From: Elusimicrobiota bacterium
Lineage (GTDB): Bacteria > CG03
Assembly: GCA_034660675.1 (NCBI GenBank)
Contig: JAYEJT010000125.1
Span: 1 to 41,299, forward strand
DNA: 41,299 bases
Reading direction: 5' to 3'
Shown here: in pieces, positions 1 through 8,659 of the stretch
Layout: the number at the start of each line of letters is the position of its first letter
How positions within the stretch are numbered: the stretch's first letter is position 1
Translations under genes and position numbers: made by a program
The notes under the pieces: model-generated
What the model saw: only the letters and a program-made list of their open reading frames with translations
Told to the model about the DNA's origin: nothing
Databases searched by the model: none

Positions 1-32
1 TTCTTAAATAATTCAGTTCGGGCTATTTTCAT
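1..32 (-). CDS. N-terminal fragment of a probable RelE/YafQ-like toxin (runs off the window edge)
   Basis: ATG at 32 overlaps the antitoxin stop (ATGA) and reads MKIARTELFK, resembling RelE/YafQ-type N-termini. Only 10 codons are visible. Confidence 0.5.
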   Translation of the reverse strand, partial: MKIARTELFK

Positions 33-451
33 GAACGAAGATCTTTTATGAGATCATTAACACCGGAGAAGTTTTTGAATTTTCCCTCTCTTATTTCCTG
101 CGCAGATTTTCGTTCTCCCTTCTGCCATTTCTCAGCCCACCACCAGGACTGTTCAGGATCAATTAAACCAACCTTACAGGATATTTTTATCTCGTTTGCT
201 GTAAGACCCTTGGATTTAAGTATATCTTTGTTAATCTTCTCAATTTTTCGTTTAGCTCGGAAAAGAATATTTTGTTCTTTTCCTGTAAGCGGTGGAGCGG
301 AGATTCTATTTGTGAGTTGTTTGGGAATTAAAATTATTCTTCCCTTTTCAAAAATTGCCTCCATAAATTCCCCTGGTTTTAAATAAAGCTGCGCAAAAAC
401 ATCCCGGGGAATGGTTACCTGGTGTTTAGGGCCTATTTTAACTGTGGACAT
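29..451 (-). CDS. AbrB/MazE/SpoVT-family DNA-binding protein, probable antitoxin
   Basis: MSTVKIGPKHQVTIP...LKPGE AbrB motif and C-terminal DPEQSWWWAEKWQKGER...DLIKDL motif. Start moved to ATG 451, which has GGAGG 7-8 nt upstream. Confidence 0.85.
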   Translation of the reverse strand: MSTVKIGPKHQVTIPRDVFAQLYLKPGEFMEAIFEKGRIILIPKQLTNRISAPPLTGKEQNILFRAKRKIEKINKDILKSKGLTANEIKISCKVGLIDPEQSWWWAEKWQKGERKSAQEIREGKFKNFSGVNDLIKDLRS

Positions 452-502
452 TTTTTTGCCTCCTGTCTCTGGGTTTTCCACATTGCTTACTTTCTTACTT
501 TA

Positions 503-531
503 AGTATAATTTAATTTTGTGAGCATGTCAA
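503..531 (-). promoter_or_regulatory. Sigma70-type promoter of the AbrB TA operon
   Basis: TTGACA (531-526), 17-nt spacer, TATACT (508-503). Followed by AAGTAAG direct repeats that may be an operator. Confidence 0.75.
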
Positions 532-549
532 GAGAGAGGGAAACCTCCT

Positions 550-1452
550 TTATTTTGCTCTGGGATGGGTTTTGTCATATACGTCCTTTAACCTTTTCGT
601 CGAAATGTGCGTGTATATCTGCGTTGTTGAAATATCCTTATGGCCTAAAAATTCCTGTATGGAGCGGAGATCGCATCCCCGGGAAAGCATTATCGTGGCA
701 AAACTGTGCCTGATGCTGTGGGGGCTGACATGCTTTGAAATAGCCGCCTTGTTCATGTGCTTGTTGAGGATGGCTCTCACCGACACCGCCGATAACCTCG
801 TGCCGTTTTTGTTGAGAAAAAGAGCTTCCGGTTTTTTAGGCCTTCTTTCCAGATACCTCTCTATAGCCTCAACGGCCGTGTCCGTTATGTAGCAGAATCT
901 CTGACGGCTGCCCTTTCCCGTCACCTTCACCGTGGAACTCCACACATCCACGTCAGAATGCCTGAGAGAGACAAGCTCGCCGACCCTCATCCCCGTAGAA
1001 TAAAGAAGCTCCAGAATCGCTTTATCGCGCAAGCCCCTGACCGAACCCGTATCCGGCGCTGCCAGAAGAACACTCATCTCTTTTTCTTCAAGAACCGTGG
1101 GTATTTTCTTTATTCTTCCCGGCACCGACACCCCGTAAAAAGGATTTTCTTCCATGACACCCTCTATTATTAAAAAGCGGAAAAATGATCTTATTGAGGA
1201 AAGCATCCTTCCTATGGACACGGCCGAAATGTGACGTCCGCCGGGGCGGAGCCCTTCTCTCACACGGCTTATGAAACGCCTTATCTGTCTTCTTTCAAGA
1301 ACGGCAATATCAATTTTTTTGTCGCGGGCATAATTTAAAAAACCGCTTATATCTTTTCTGTAAGCCCTTATGGTGTTGGGGGAGTAATTTCTCTCGGCAG
1401 CGAGATAAATCTCAAAATCTTTTAAAAAGATTAATGCCTCAGACGCTTTCAT
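550..1452 (-). CDS. xerC: Tyrosine recombinase XerC
   Basis: RDKAILELLYSTGMRVGEL, GKGSRQR, HSIRHSFAT and LGHKDISTTQIYTH catalytic motifs. Canonical dprA-topA-xerC order. Confidence 0.9.
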   Translation of the reverse strand: MKASEALIFLKDFEIYLAAERNYSPNTIRAYRKDISGFLNYARDKKIDIAVLERRQIRRFISRVREGLRPGGRHISAVSIGRMLSSIRSFFRFLIIEGVMEENPFYGVSVPGRIKKIPTVLEEKEMSVLLAAPDTGSVRGLRDKAILELLYSTGMRVGELVSLRHSDVDVWSSTVKVTGKGSRQRFCYITDTAVEAIERYLERRPKKPEALFLNKNGTRLSAVSVRAILNKHMNKAAISKHVSPHSIRHSFATIMLSRGCDLRSIQEFLGHKDISTTQIYTHISTKRLKDVYDKTHPRAK

Positions 1453-3490
1453 CCGGCTTTTTTTCTTCGGATTTTGTTTCTTCTCTGTAAGGTATTATGC
1501 TTCTGCATGAGGGAAAACCGCTGCAGGCGTAAAAGGGACCCCGCCGGGCAACACGCAGAACCATGGGTTTGCCGCATTTGGGGCAAAACTTTTTCTCCGG
1601 CAGCAATTCGCCTTCATCGGAAAAATACACCCTGTACACACAGGCCTTGTAACCCGCCCCGCAATAAAGGAATTTGCCGTTCGCCGAATATTTTTCCACA
1701 AGATTCGTGCCGCACCATGGACATTTTCTGTCCGTTACCCTTTTCATCGTCTCTATATTCGTTTTGGCTTTTTCAAGAAGCACTTCAAATTCTTTATAGA
1801 AATTTTCAAGGATTTCCTTTTCCCCCACTTTCGCATCGGCGACATCGTCCAGTTTTGATTCAAGTTTGGACGTGAATTCATAATCCGTGATAAGCGGGAA
1901 GTTCTTTTCCAGCACGTCAGACACCACCCCGCCTATTTCCTGAAGCAGCAGCTGCCTCTTATTCCGCACGACATACTTTCTTCTCAAAAGAGTTTCAATT
2001 ATGGAAACATAAGTGGAAGGCCTTCCTATTCCCTTGGCCTCCAGCGTCTTAACAAGAGAGGCCTCGTTGTAATGAGGCGGGGGCAGGGTTTGATGCTCGC
2101 TGGTCTCGATTGCGAGAAGCCGGGCCGAACTGCCGACGGTCAGTTTTTCCATGAACTCAAAAAGACCGCGGCCCGCTCTGTCGGCCTCTATCCTGTCAGC
2201 GTAAAGCACAAGAAAACCGTCTTCTTTCAAAATGCTTGACACAGCTTTAAAAGCGCAGTCTTCCCCTTCCAGACGGACACTGTGCGTGAGGGAAAGCGCC
2301 TGCTTCATCTGAGACGCCATAAAACGCTGCCAGATAAGATGATAGAGTTTAAACTGCTCCGGGGTAAGATTATCCTCTATGTTTTCCGGCACAACATCCA
2401 CCTTCACCGGACGGATCGCCTCATGGGCTTCCTGGGAATGGGCTGTTTTTGTTTTGTAAACCGGTATTTTGGCCGGGAGAAAAGATTTTCCGTAACGCTC
2501 CTCCGCCAGCTTTCTCGCCTCAGCCTGAGCCTCCTTAGACACCGTGACCGAATCCGTACGCATATAGGTGATAAGGCCCGTCCGGCCTTCGGGAAGATCT
2601 ATTCCCTCATAAAGCTGCTGAGCGACTATCATCGTGCGGCGGGAAGAAAATCCCAAAACCGTGTTGGCTTGCTGCTGCAGCGTTGAGGTGGTGAAAGGCC
2701 GGGGCGGCGAAATCTTCTTTTCTGTGATATTATTTTTTTTCACCGCGAAATCGCTGCCCTTCAGATTCTCTATGCCTTTCAGCACAGCCTCGTCACTGAC
2801 CCGCCCGTCTTTGAGTGTCTCGCCTTTGGCTTTTACCAGATCCGCTCTGAGTTTGCCGTCCGCATTTTCAAAATCAGCGGCAGCCTTCCAGTAAGTGACG
2901 GGATTAAAAGCGCGTATTTCTTTTTCTCTCTCGGCTATCAGCTTGAGCGCAGGTGACTGCACCCTTCCGGCAGAGAGCCCCGATGCGATTTTTCTCCACA
3001 AAATAGGGCTTATCTTGTAACCGACAATTCTGTCCAGAGCGCGGCGCACCCTGTAAGCTTTAACGAGATTCATGTTCAGCTTGAGCGGTTTTTTAAAAGC
3101 TTTTTTTATGGCTGATGCGGTTATCTCGTGAAACACCGTGCGGCGGGTCCTCTCCTCCGGGATTTTGAGAAGTTCTTTCACATGCCAGGCTATCCCCTCG
3201 CCTTCCCTGTCTCCGTCAGTCGCCAGATACACAAGATCGCTGTTTTTATAAGCCTCTTTAAGTTTGGCAACCAGTTTTTTCTTTGCGGGTATCACGCCAT
3301 AAGCACTTTTGAAACCTTTTTTGATATCCACGCCCAGTTTCTTTTTCGGCAGGTCCCTGATGTGTCCCATAGATGACATTATTGTATATTCATCCGTGAG
3401 AAAATTTTTTATTGTCTTCGCCTTCGTCGGAGACTCCACTATTACCAGATGTTTTTTTCCGCCGCAGGCGGATTTCGCTTTACTCAACAT
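1439..3490 (-). CDS. topA: DNA topoisomerase I (type IA) with C-terminal zinc ribbons
   Basis: LVIVESPTKAK, ATDGDREGE, SAGRVQS, GLITYMRTD (catalytic Tyr) and CxxC zinc ribbons. Confidence 0.97.
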   Translation of the reverse strand: MLSKAKSACGGKKHLVIVESPTKAKTIKNFLTDEYTIMSSMGHIRDLPKKKLGVDIKKGFKSAYGVIPAKKKLVAKLKEAYKNSDLVYLATDGDREGEGIAWHVKELLKIPEERTRRTVFHEITASAIKKAFKKPLKLNMNLVKAYRVRRALDRIVGYKISPILWRKIASGLSAGRVQSPALKLIAEREKEIRAFNPVTYWKAAADFENADGKLRADLVKAKGETLKDGRVSDEAVLKGIENLKGSDFAVKKNNITEKKISPPRPFTTSTLQQQANTVLGFSSRRTMIVAQQLYEGIDLPEGRTGLITYMRTDSVTVSKEAQAEARKLAEERYGKSFLPAKIPVYKTKTAHSQEAHEAIRPVKVDVVPENIEDNLTPEQFKLYHLIWQRFMASQMKQALSLTHSVRLEGEDCAFKAVSSILKEDGFLVLYADRIEADRAGRGLFEFMEKLTVGSSARLLAIETSEHQTLPPPHYNEASLVKTLEAKGIGRPSTYVSIIETLLRRKYVVRNKRQLLLQEIGGVVSDVLEKNFPLITDYEFTSKLESKLDDVADAKVGEKEILENFYKEFEVLLEKAKTNIETMKRVTDRKCPWCGTNLVEKYSANGKFLYCGAGYKACVYRVYFSDEGELLPEKKFCPKCGKPMVLRVARRGPFYACSGFPSCRSIIPYREETKSEEKKPDESV
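3453..3487 (-). repeat. 35-bp hairpin-containing dispersed repeat, copy 1 (in-frame at the topA 5' end)
   Basis: TTGAGTAAAGCGAAATCCGCC-TGC-GGCGGAAAAAA, 31/35 identical to 30290-30324. Confidence 0.85.
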
Positions 3491-3509
3491 TGCTTACCTC
3501 TTTATTTAT

Positions 3510-4601
3510 TTATTTTTTTCTGACGAATTTTCCTCCGGCAGAATTATCAATAAATCCATTTATTTGAAGATTTGTCAAGACTTTAAAAATTTCCGCCACC
3601 CCCATTCCGCTATCCTTCTTTATCCGGTCAAGACTCACGGGCTGCCACCTTATTATGTCGTACAGCTTCTTTTCCCCGTCGGAAAAAGGCTTTTTTACCA
3701 CAGCGGCGGGAATCTTCTGTTCCGTATTTTCAAACCCCGCGAATGAAAGTTCCCCCGTAATATCATCCGCGCTCTCCACAAGTTTCGCCCCGTCTTTTAT
3801 AAGCGCGTGACACCCCCTGTAATTATTGTCAAAAATGCTGCCCGGCGCGGCCCACACGTCACGGCCCTGTTCCGCGGCATAGGAAGCCGTGATCAGCGTA
3901 CCCGATCTTTTTGGGGCCTCAGCGACAAACACGGCACAGGACATGCCGCTGATAATTCTGTTTCTCCACGGGAAATGCATTTTAGCGGGCTGTGTGCCCA
4001 TAGGATATTCGCTAACCACAGCTCCGTTACGGGTTATTGATTCCACAAGCCGCGCGTTTTCGCGAGGATAGACCACATCAATCCCCGAACCTATAACCGC
4101 CACCGTTTTTCCGCCTTTCTTCAGCGCCGTTTCGTGCGCCCTCGTGTCTATGCCCCTGGCCAGACCGCTGACAACAGCAAAGCCCGTTTCGCAGAAAATG
4201 CCGCTGAAATATTCGCAAACCCTCTTTCCGTATGCTGAAGCTTTTCTCGTACCCACAACGGCTATCATCCTTTCGGAAGGCTCCGGAATTTTCCCCCTCA
4301 CCCTCAAAAATAAAGGCGGCGCGTTTATTTCTTTCAAAAGAGACGGATATTCCCCGTCATCAAGAAAAACAAGACGCGTGCCTGTTTTTTCCATAATCTT
4401 AAATTCTTTTGCCGGGTCAAACACCGTTTTTCCCAGAGAAAAAGCCCGTTTGCCTATCACGTTGGCAAGCTCTTCTTTGTCCGACGACAAAATGTCGAAA
4501 GGGTCGGACCTGAATCTGTAGAGTGCCGTCAGATCAGACTGCGTGATGGATTCGGAAAGCGACAATTCCAGCCATTTGTTTCTGTCTTTCTCTTTCATCA
4601 T
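3510..4601 (-). CDS. dprA: DNA-processing protein DprA
   Basis: IAVVGTRKAS, VVSGLARGIDT.AH, HFPWRNRIISG, SGTLITA and a C-terminal winged helix. Confidence 0.95.
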   Translation of the reverse strand: MMKEKDRNKWLELSLSESITQSDLTALYRFRSDPFDILSSDKEELANVIGKRAFSLGKTVFDPAKEFKIMEKTGTRLVFLDDGEYPSLLKEINAPPLFLRVRGKIPEPSERMIAVVGTRKASAYGKRVCEYFSGIFCETGFAVVSGLARGIDTRAHETALKKGGKTVAVIGSGIDVVYPRENARLVESITRNGAVVSEYPMGTQPAKMHFPWRNRIISGMSCAVFVAEAPKRSGTLITASYAAEQGRDVWAAPGSIFDNNYRGCHALIKDGAKLVESADDITGELSFAGFENTEQKIPAAVVKKPFSDGEKKLYDIIRWQPVSLDRIKKDSGMGVAEIFKVLTNLQINGFIDNSAGGKFVRKK

Positions 4602-4602
4602 T

Positions 4603-5718
4603 TTATCCCTCCCCTTTTTTCAGTTCTTTCGCGGCGGCAAGCGCCACTCCGGCGTCACCGTCCGCGGCAAGAACGGCCAGCAGATTCAAAGCATCGCGCG
4701 TTTTGATCTGCCCGCACACCCACACAGCCGAAATTTTCTGCCACCTGTCATCGGATGAAGCCATGTCTTTGAGCACCTTCAACGCAAGAGAACTTTTGTG
4801 TTTGAACATAATACTGACCGCATTCCCCCGAACCCGGTTGTCTTTATGGTAAAGATAGGGTTTTATAAACTCAACGACATCTTTCGGCTTTTCCAGAAAC
4901 ACTTCGGCCAGCTCTATAACATCCGCCGTGAGCCGCGGGATAGGATTGATGTCGGTGAATGCACGTCCGCTCTCAACCAGTTTGATGCTTAAGTTTTCCG
5001 GCATATTTTCCGGCGAGATCAGTTTGAAAAGTTCTGCCGCGCGGTCCGCGCCAAGCTGATTTTTTACAACTTCAGGGTCACATTTCAGAACATTGGCCAG
5101 CATCATTTTTGCCCTGACATAATTAGCGTACACTTCCTTTCCCGATGCTTTTTTATAACGCGACACAAGATACACGCCGAAAATTAAAACCGCGTTAAAA
5201 GCTATGCTCAGCCAGATCCACTCCGGTATTTCCGCGACCTGACGGACAATCTCTTTCGTTTTATATTCTGTGCGGGTTTTGTATTTAATTTTTGTCACCG
5301 TTCGCGTTTCCGGCTTAGGGAAAGACTTGAAAACGGGTTTCTTCATGGGAAGTCTCTGTTTTTTTATTTTCTGCGGAGCAACGCTCACTTTTTTTATTTT
5401 CCGCGTGGCCCTGTAAAGAGCCGCGGTTTTTGCATCGTCCGGATTCAGTTCGTAAGCTCTTTCGGCGTATTTTCCGGCTGTTTCATCGTCACCCTCGTCA
5501 AGAGCCTCCTTTGCCAGTTTCAGAGTAACCCTCTGATAAAGAGTTTTCGCCTTGCTGTCGCCGGGATTTTTCTTCAGGTATTCCGCAAGCAGGCTTTCGG
5601 CTCCGGTGAAATTCCCGCGGGCAAAACTGATTCCCGCTTTTGTAAAATCATTCGCGAATACAGCGGAAGGGAACACCGAAAAACAGATAAGAACAAGACC
5701 AAAAAAAAATCCGCTCAT
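4603..5718 (-). CDS. Exported/membrane protein: signal peptide, TPR, one TM helix, C-terminal HEAT repeats
   Basis: Start moved to ATG 5718 (ATGA overlap with the kinase stop). Signal peptide ending AVFA, TPR-like AERAYELNPDD, TM WIWLSIAFNAVLIFGVYLV, HEAT-like DNRVRGNAV and DDRWQKISAVW. Confidence 0.7.
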   Translation of the reverse strand: MSGFFFGLVLICFSVFPSAVFANDFTKAGISFARGNFTGAESLLAEYLKKNPGDSKAKTLYQRVTLKLAKEALDEGDDETAGKYAERAYELNPDDAKTAALYRATRKIKKVSVAPQKIKKQRLPMKKPVFKSFPKPETRTVTKIKYKTRTEYKTKEIVRQVAEIPEWIWLSIAFNAVLIFGVYLVSRYKKASGKEVYANYVRAKMMLANVLKCDPEVVKNQLGADRAAELFKLISPENMPENLSIKLVESGRAFTDINPIPRLTADVIELAEVFLEKPKDVVEFIKPYLYHKDNRVRGNAVSIMFKHKSSLALKVLKDMASSDDRWQKISAVWVCGQIKTRDALNLLAVLAADGDAGVALAAAKELKKGEG

Positions 5719-6650
5719 CGGTAAAACAGTATGTAGAACTGAAAACCGATAAAGGCCGCGGCAGCAAACGAAATGAGAAACACAACAAGAAGCCAATCCA
5801 CCTTTCTTTTTTTATAATTCAGGCTTTTTTTCGCGGCCGTGGCCACGGCGTAGCCAAAGGCCGTTGCCGACACAAACCTGTCTTTCTTTTCCAGAGAAAT
5901 GGCGCGCATGATCACGTTTTCCAGTTTCGGGTGTATGGAAGAATTCCGGCGCGAAGGGGAAACAACCTTCAGGGACGTTAATTTTCCCCGGGCAAAAGAC
6001 ACGATGTTCTCCCCTTTATACGGAAGAGAACCCGTCAGCATTTCGTAAAGAATAACACCGGAGGCGAAAATATCCGTATCGGATGAAATATCCCCTTCCA
6101 GCCTCTGAGGGCTCGTGTAAGAGGGAGTCCCTCCTATTGAAAGCGCATTCTTCCATGCGGCCGAAGTTGCGCGGGAATAATATGAAAGTCCGAAATCCAG
6201 TATTTTGATACCGCCCGAAGAGAGCATAATTATGTTTTCCGGTTTCAAATCCTGATGTATCACGCCCATGCTGTGTATGTATTCAAGCGCGTCTATCATC
6301 TGCATTATTATTTTCAGGGCGCTGGAAACAACGAGCCACCTGTGCTTCTCTATAAATTCAGCGAGGGTGGGCCCTTCCACATATTCCATGACGATATAAG
6401 GAAAAGATTTTTCTCCGTCATGGGGATAAATATTAGTTATGTTCTTGTGATTCAGCAACAGGCCTATCTCTTCCTCATGGTTGAGCCGGCCAAGCGCGTC
6501 GGGCGCACGGCGCAATTCCTCTTTCAGTATTTTGAGCGCCACCACCTTGTTGTCCTTAATCCTGACAGCGCGGTAAATCTTGGCCATCCCGCCTTCGCGC
6601 GCGGCGCTCACAATCCTGTAAGCGGAATCTATTACGGTCGCGTGCTTCAT
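5715..6650 (-). CDS. Hanks-type Ser/Thr protein kinase with a C-terminal TM helix and no PASTA repeats
   Basis: VALKIL, HQDLKPEN, DFG, GTPSYTSP, DIFASGVILYEMLTG, hydrophobic C-terminus. Confidence 0.9.
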   Translation of the reverse strand: MKHATVIDSAYRIVSAAREGGMAKIYRAVRIKDNKVVALKILKEELRRAPDALGRLNHEEEIGLLLNHKNITNIYPHDGEKSFPYIVMEYVEGPTLAEFIEKHRWLVVSSALKIIMQMIDALEYIHSMGVIHQDLKPENIIMLSSGGIKILDFGLSYYSRATSAAWKNALSIGGTPSYTSPQRLEGDISSDTDIFASGVILYEMLTGSLPYKGENIVSFARGKLTSLKVVSPSRRNSSIHPKLENVIMRAISLEKKDRFVSATAFGYAVATAAKKSLNYKKRKVDWLLVVFLISFAAAAFIGFQFYILFYR

Positions 6651-7381
6651 TACGCTCCTTTCCCCAGTCTCTCGGCGAGCGCCGCGGGTAAACCCGCATC
6701 GAGAATGGCCTTCTGAACAGAGCTTACGTCATATTCGATTCTGTGAAGAACAGCTTCGCCTTTCTCATCATCATAAATCACGCAACAGGCTCTGGGATTA
6801 CCGTCCCGCGGCTGTCCCACGGAACCGACATTTATCAGATACTTGGAGTTGGGGCTGATCTCCACCGGTTTTAGAGGTATGAAAGCTCCGAAATCCACAT
6901 TACCTCCGGTTCCCCTGAAATAAAGAGGCTGATGCGAATGCCCCACAAAAAGAATGCTCCTGTCCTGTTTCCGCATTGACGGAAGATAATCCTCCGCCGT
7001 TTTTATATACTGATCCAGCGGATCGATAAGAGAACCGTGAACAGCTATAAAACCCGGCCCGGCAAGCTTGTAATCCAGGCCCATAAGAAAAGAAGATGCT
7101 TCCGCCGTGAGCTGATTTTTTGTCCACTTGATTGCGTCTCTCGCTTCATCGTTGAATTTGGTGAGATCCTCCAGCCCCAGCACCGCCCAGTCGTGATTAC
7201 CTGCAACGCAGATAACATTCTCAAGCGAACTGATTATTTTTACGCATTCGTTGGGATAGGGTCCGTAACCGACGATATCGCCGCAGCAGACATATTTCTC
7301 GACACTGTCTTTTAGAAACCCGAGCACCGCTTCAAGAGCCGGAAGATTCGCATGAATATCCGAAAAAATTCCTATTTTCAT
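6650..7381 (-). CDS. Metallophosphoesterase (calcineurin-like)
   Basis: SDIHAN, GDIVGYGP, GNHD, HGS, GHSH and NVGSVGQPRDG motifs. Confidence 0.92.
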   Translation of the reverse strand: MKIGIFSDIHANLPALEAVLGFLKDSVEKYVCCGDIVGYGPYPNECVKIISSLENVICVAGNHDWAVLGLEDLTKFNDEARDAIKWTKNQLTAEASSFLMGLDYKLAGPGFIAVHGSLIDPLDQYIKTAEDYLPSMRKQDRSILFVGHSHQPLYFRGTGGNVDFGAFIPLKPVEISPNSKYLINVGSVGQPRDGNPRACCVIYDDEKGEAVLHRIEYDVSSVQKAILDAGLPAALAERLGKGA

Positions 7382-8652
7382 TTATCGCTCCCTTTTCTGT
7401 ATTCCCTGTATTCTTTCACCGATGCGTAAAGTTTTTCAGCAATGAGCTGTCTATTGGAACTTCTTTTCAGTATTTTCCTGTCCTTTTTATTTGTCAGAAA
7501 ACCTATCTCGACGAGTGCGGCCGGCATGTGAGCGCCTTTCAGCACATAAAAGCCCGCCTGCTTAACTCCCCTGTTATAAGCAAACATCTTGCCGAATCTG
7601 TTTTTTAAAAAGGAGCAGCACTCCGAAGATTCGTTCATGAATTCATTCATCGCCATGGACCATAAAATCGTATTCACCGGCGTCTTAGACACATTCTCCT
7701 CCAGCTCCACGACGGCATTTTCAGTGTTCGCCACATTCTGGGCTTCATCATCGGAGGCCCGGTTGCTCATAAAATACACCTCAAAACCCCGCGTTTTTTT
7801 CTTGTACGAGGCGTTGGTGTGTATTGAGAGGAAAAGATCCGCATGGGCCTTGTTGGCTATCATGGCCCTGGAAGATAGAGGAAGAAAATTATCCGATTTC
7901 CTGGTTAAAATAGCGTTAAAATTCCTGTCTTTTTTAAGGAGCTTATAAAGTCTCAAAGCTATATCCAGCACAATGTCTTTTTCTCTTGTCCCGTCACTGG
8001 CCACAGCCCCCGGGTCCTTGCCGCCGTGGCCGGGATCTATAACAACGGTCTTTATGGCTCTTTTTGTTTTTCTGAAAGTCTGTTTCGCCGCGGAAAGCCC
8101 GCCGCGGCGGGAGTCCTGTTTGCCGTTAGAAACCCTTTGGCCCGCGCGGCGCGCGGAAGACACGGCTGTCTTTCTTCTGCCAGCGGGTCTTTTCCGCGCA
8201 AAACCCTCCTTCGTCACATCCAGCACCTTCGCGGAATAATCCCACCCCACTCTTACAGCCGCAAAATGCTGAAAGGATTTTGTGAGCACAAGTTCCAGCG
8301 GAAGCCATGATTGGCCGTCAACGAGAAAAGGTTCCTTATTCAGAGAGCAGAGACGGCCGTCTATATACACTTTTTTGGAATGCATAAAAAGTTTCAGATG
8401 CCTTTCTTTTGAGTTAACAAGGTTTATGCACTTGTCCTTTTTCAGCCATTCCGCGCGAAGTGAAAATATGTTTGCTATATCCTTTGTCCCGATATAGCCC
8501 ATACCGGATTTCAGCATTATGTTAAAAGAACCCGCGGGAGAAGAATTTTTCAATAAGTGCACCCTGACAATTTTTACTCCGGCGTGCGCGAGGGCGCAAA
8601 AACCGAAAAACAGCGCCGACGCTGCAAACACGTTTAAACCTCTCTCTCTCAC
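7378..8652 (-). CDS. N-acetylmuramoyl-L-alanine amidase (Amidase_3, AmiC-like)
   Basis: Signal peptide, then IDPGHGGKDPGA, EKDIVL, FLSIHTNA and PAALVEIGFLTN. Confidence 0.92.
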   Translation of the reverse strand: MRERGLNVFAASALFFGFCALAHAGVKIVRVHLLKNSSPAGSFNIMLKSGMGYIGTKDIANIFSLRAEWLKKDKCINLVNSKERHLKLFMHSKKVYIDGRLCSLNKEPFLVDGQSWLPLELVLTKSFQHFAAVRVGWDYSAKVLDVTKEGFARKRPAGRRKTAVSSARRAGQRVSNGKQDSRRGGLSAAKQTFRKTKRAIKTVVIDPGHGGKDPGAVASDGTREKDIVLDIALRLYKLLKKDRNFNAILTRKSDNFLPLSSRAMIANKAHADLFLSIHTNASYKKKTRGFEVYFMSNRASDDEAQNVANTENAVVELEENVSKTPVNTILWSMAMNEFMNESSECCSFLKNRFGKMFAYNRGVKQAGFYVLKGAHMPAALVEIGFLTNKKDRKILKRSSNRQLIAEKLYASVKEYREYRKGSDK

Positions 8653-8659
8653 TGTTTTG

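Noticed and set aside
550-1452. Tyrosine recombinase as a phage or integron integrase
   Set aside because: It has XerC size and motifs and the dprA-topA-xerC context, lacks an IntI-type insertion, and no att sites were seen.
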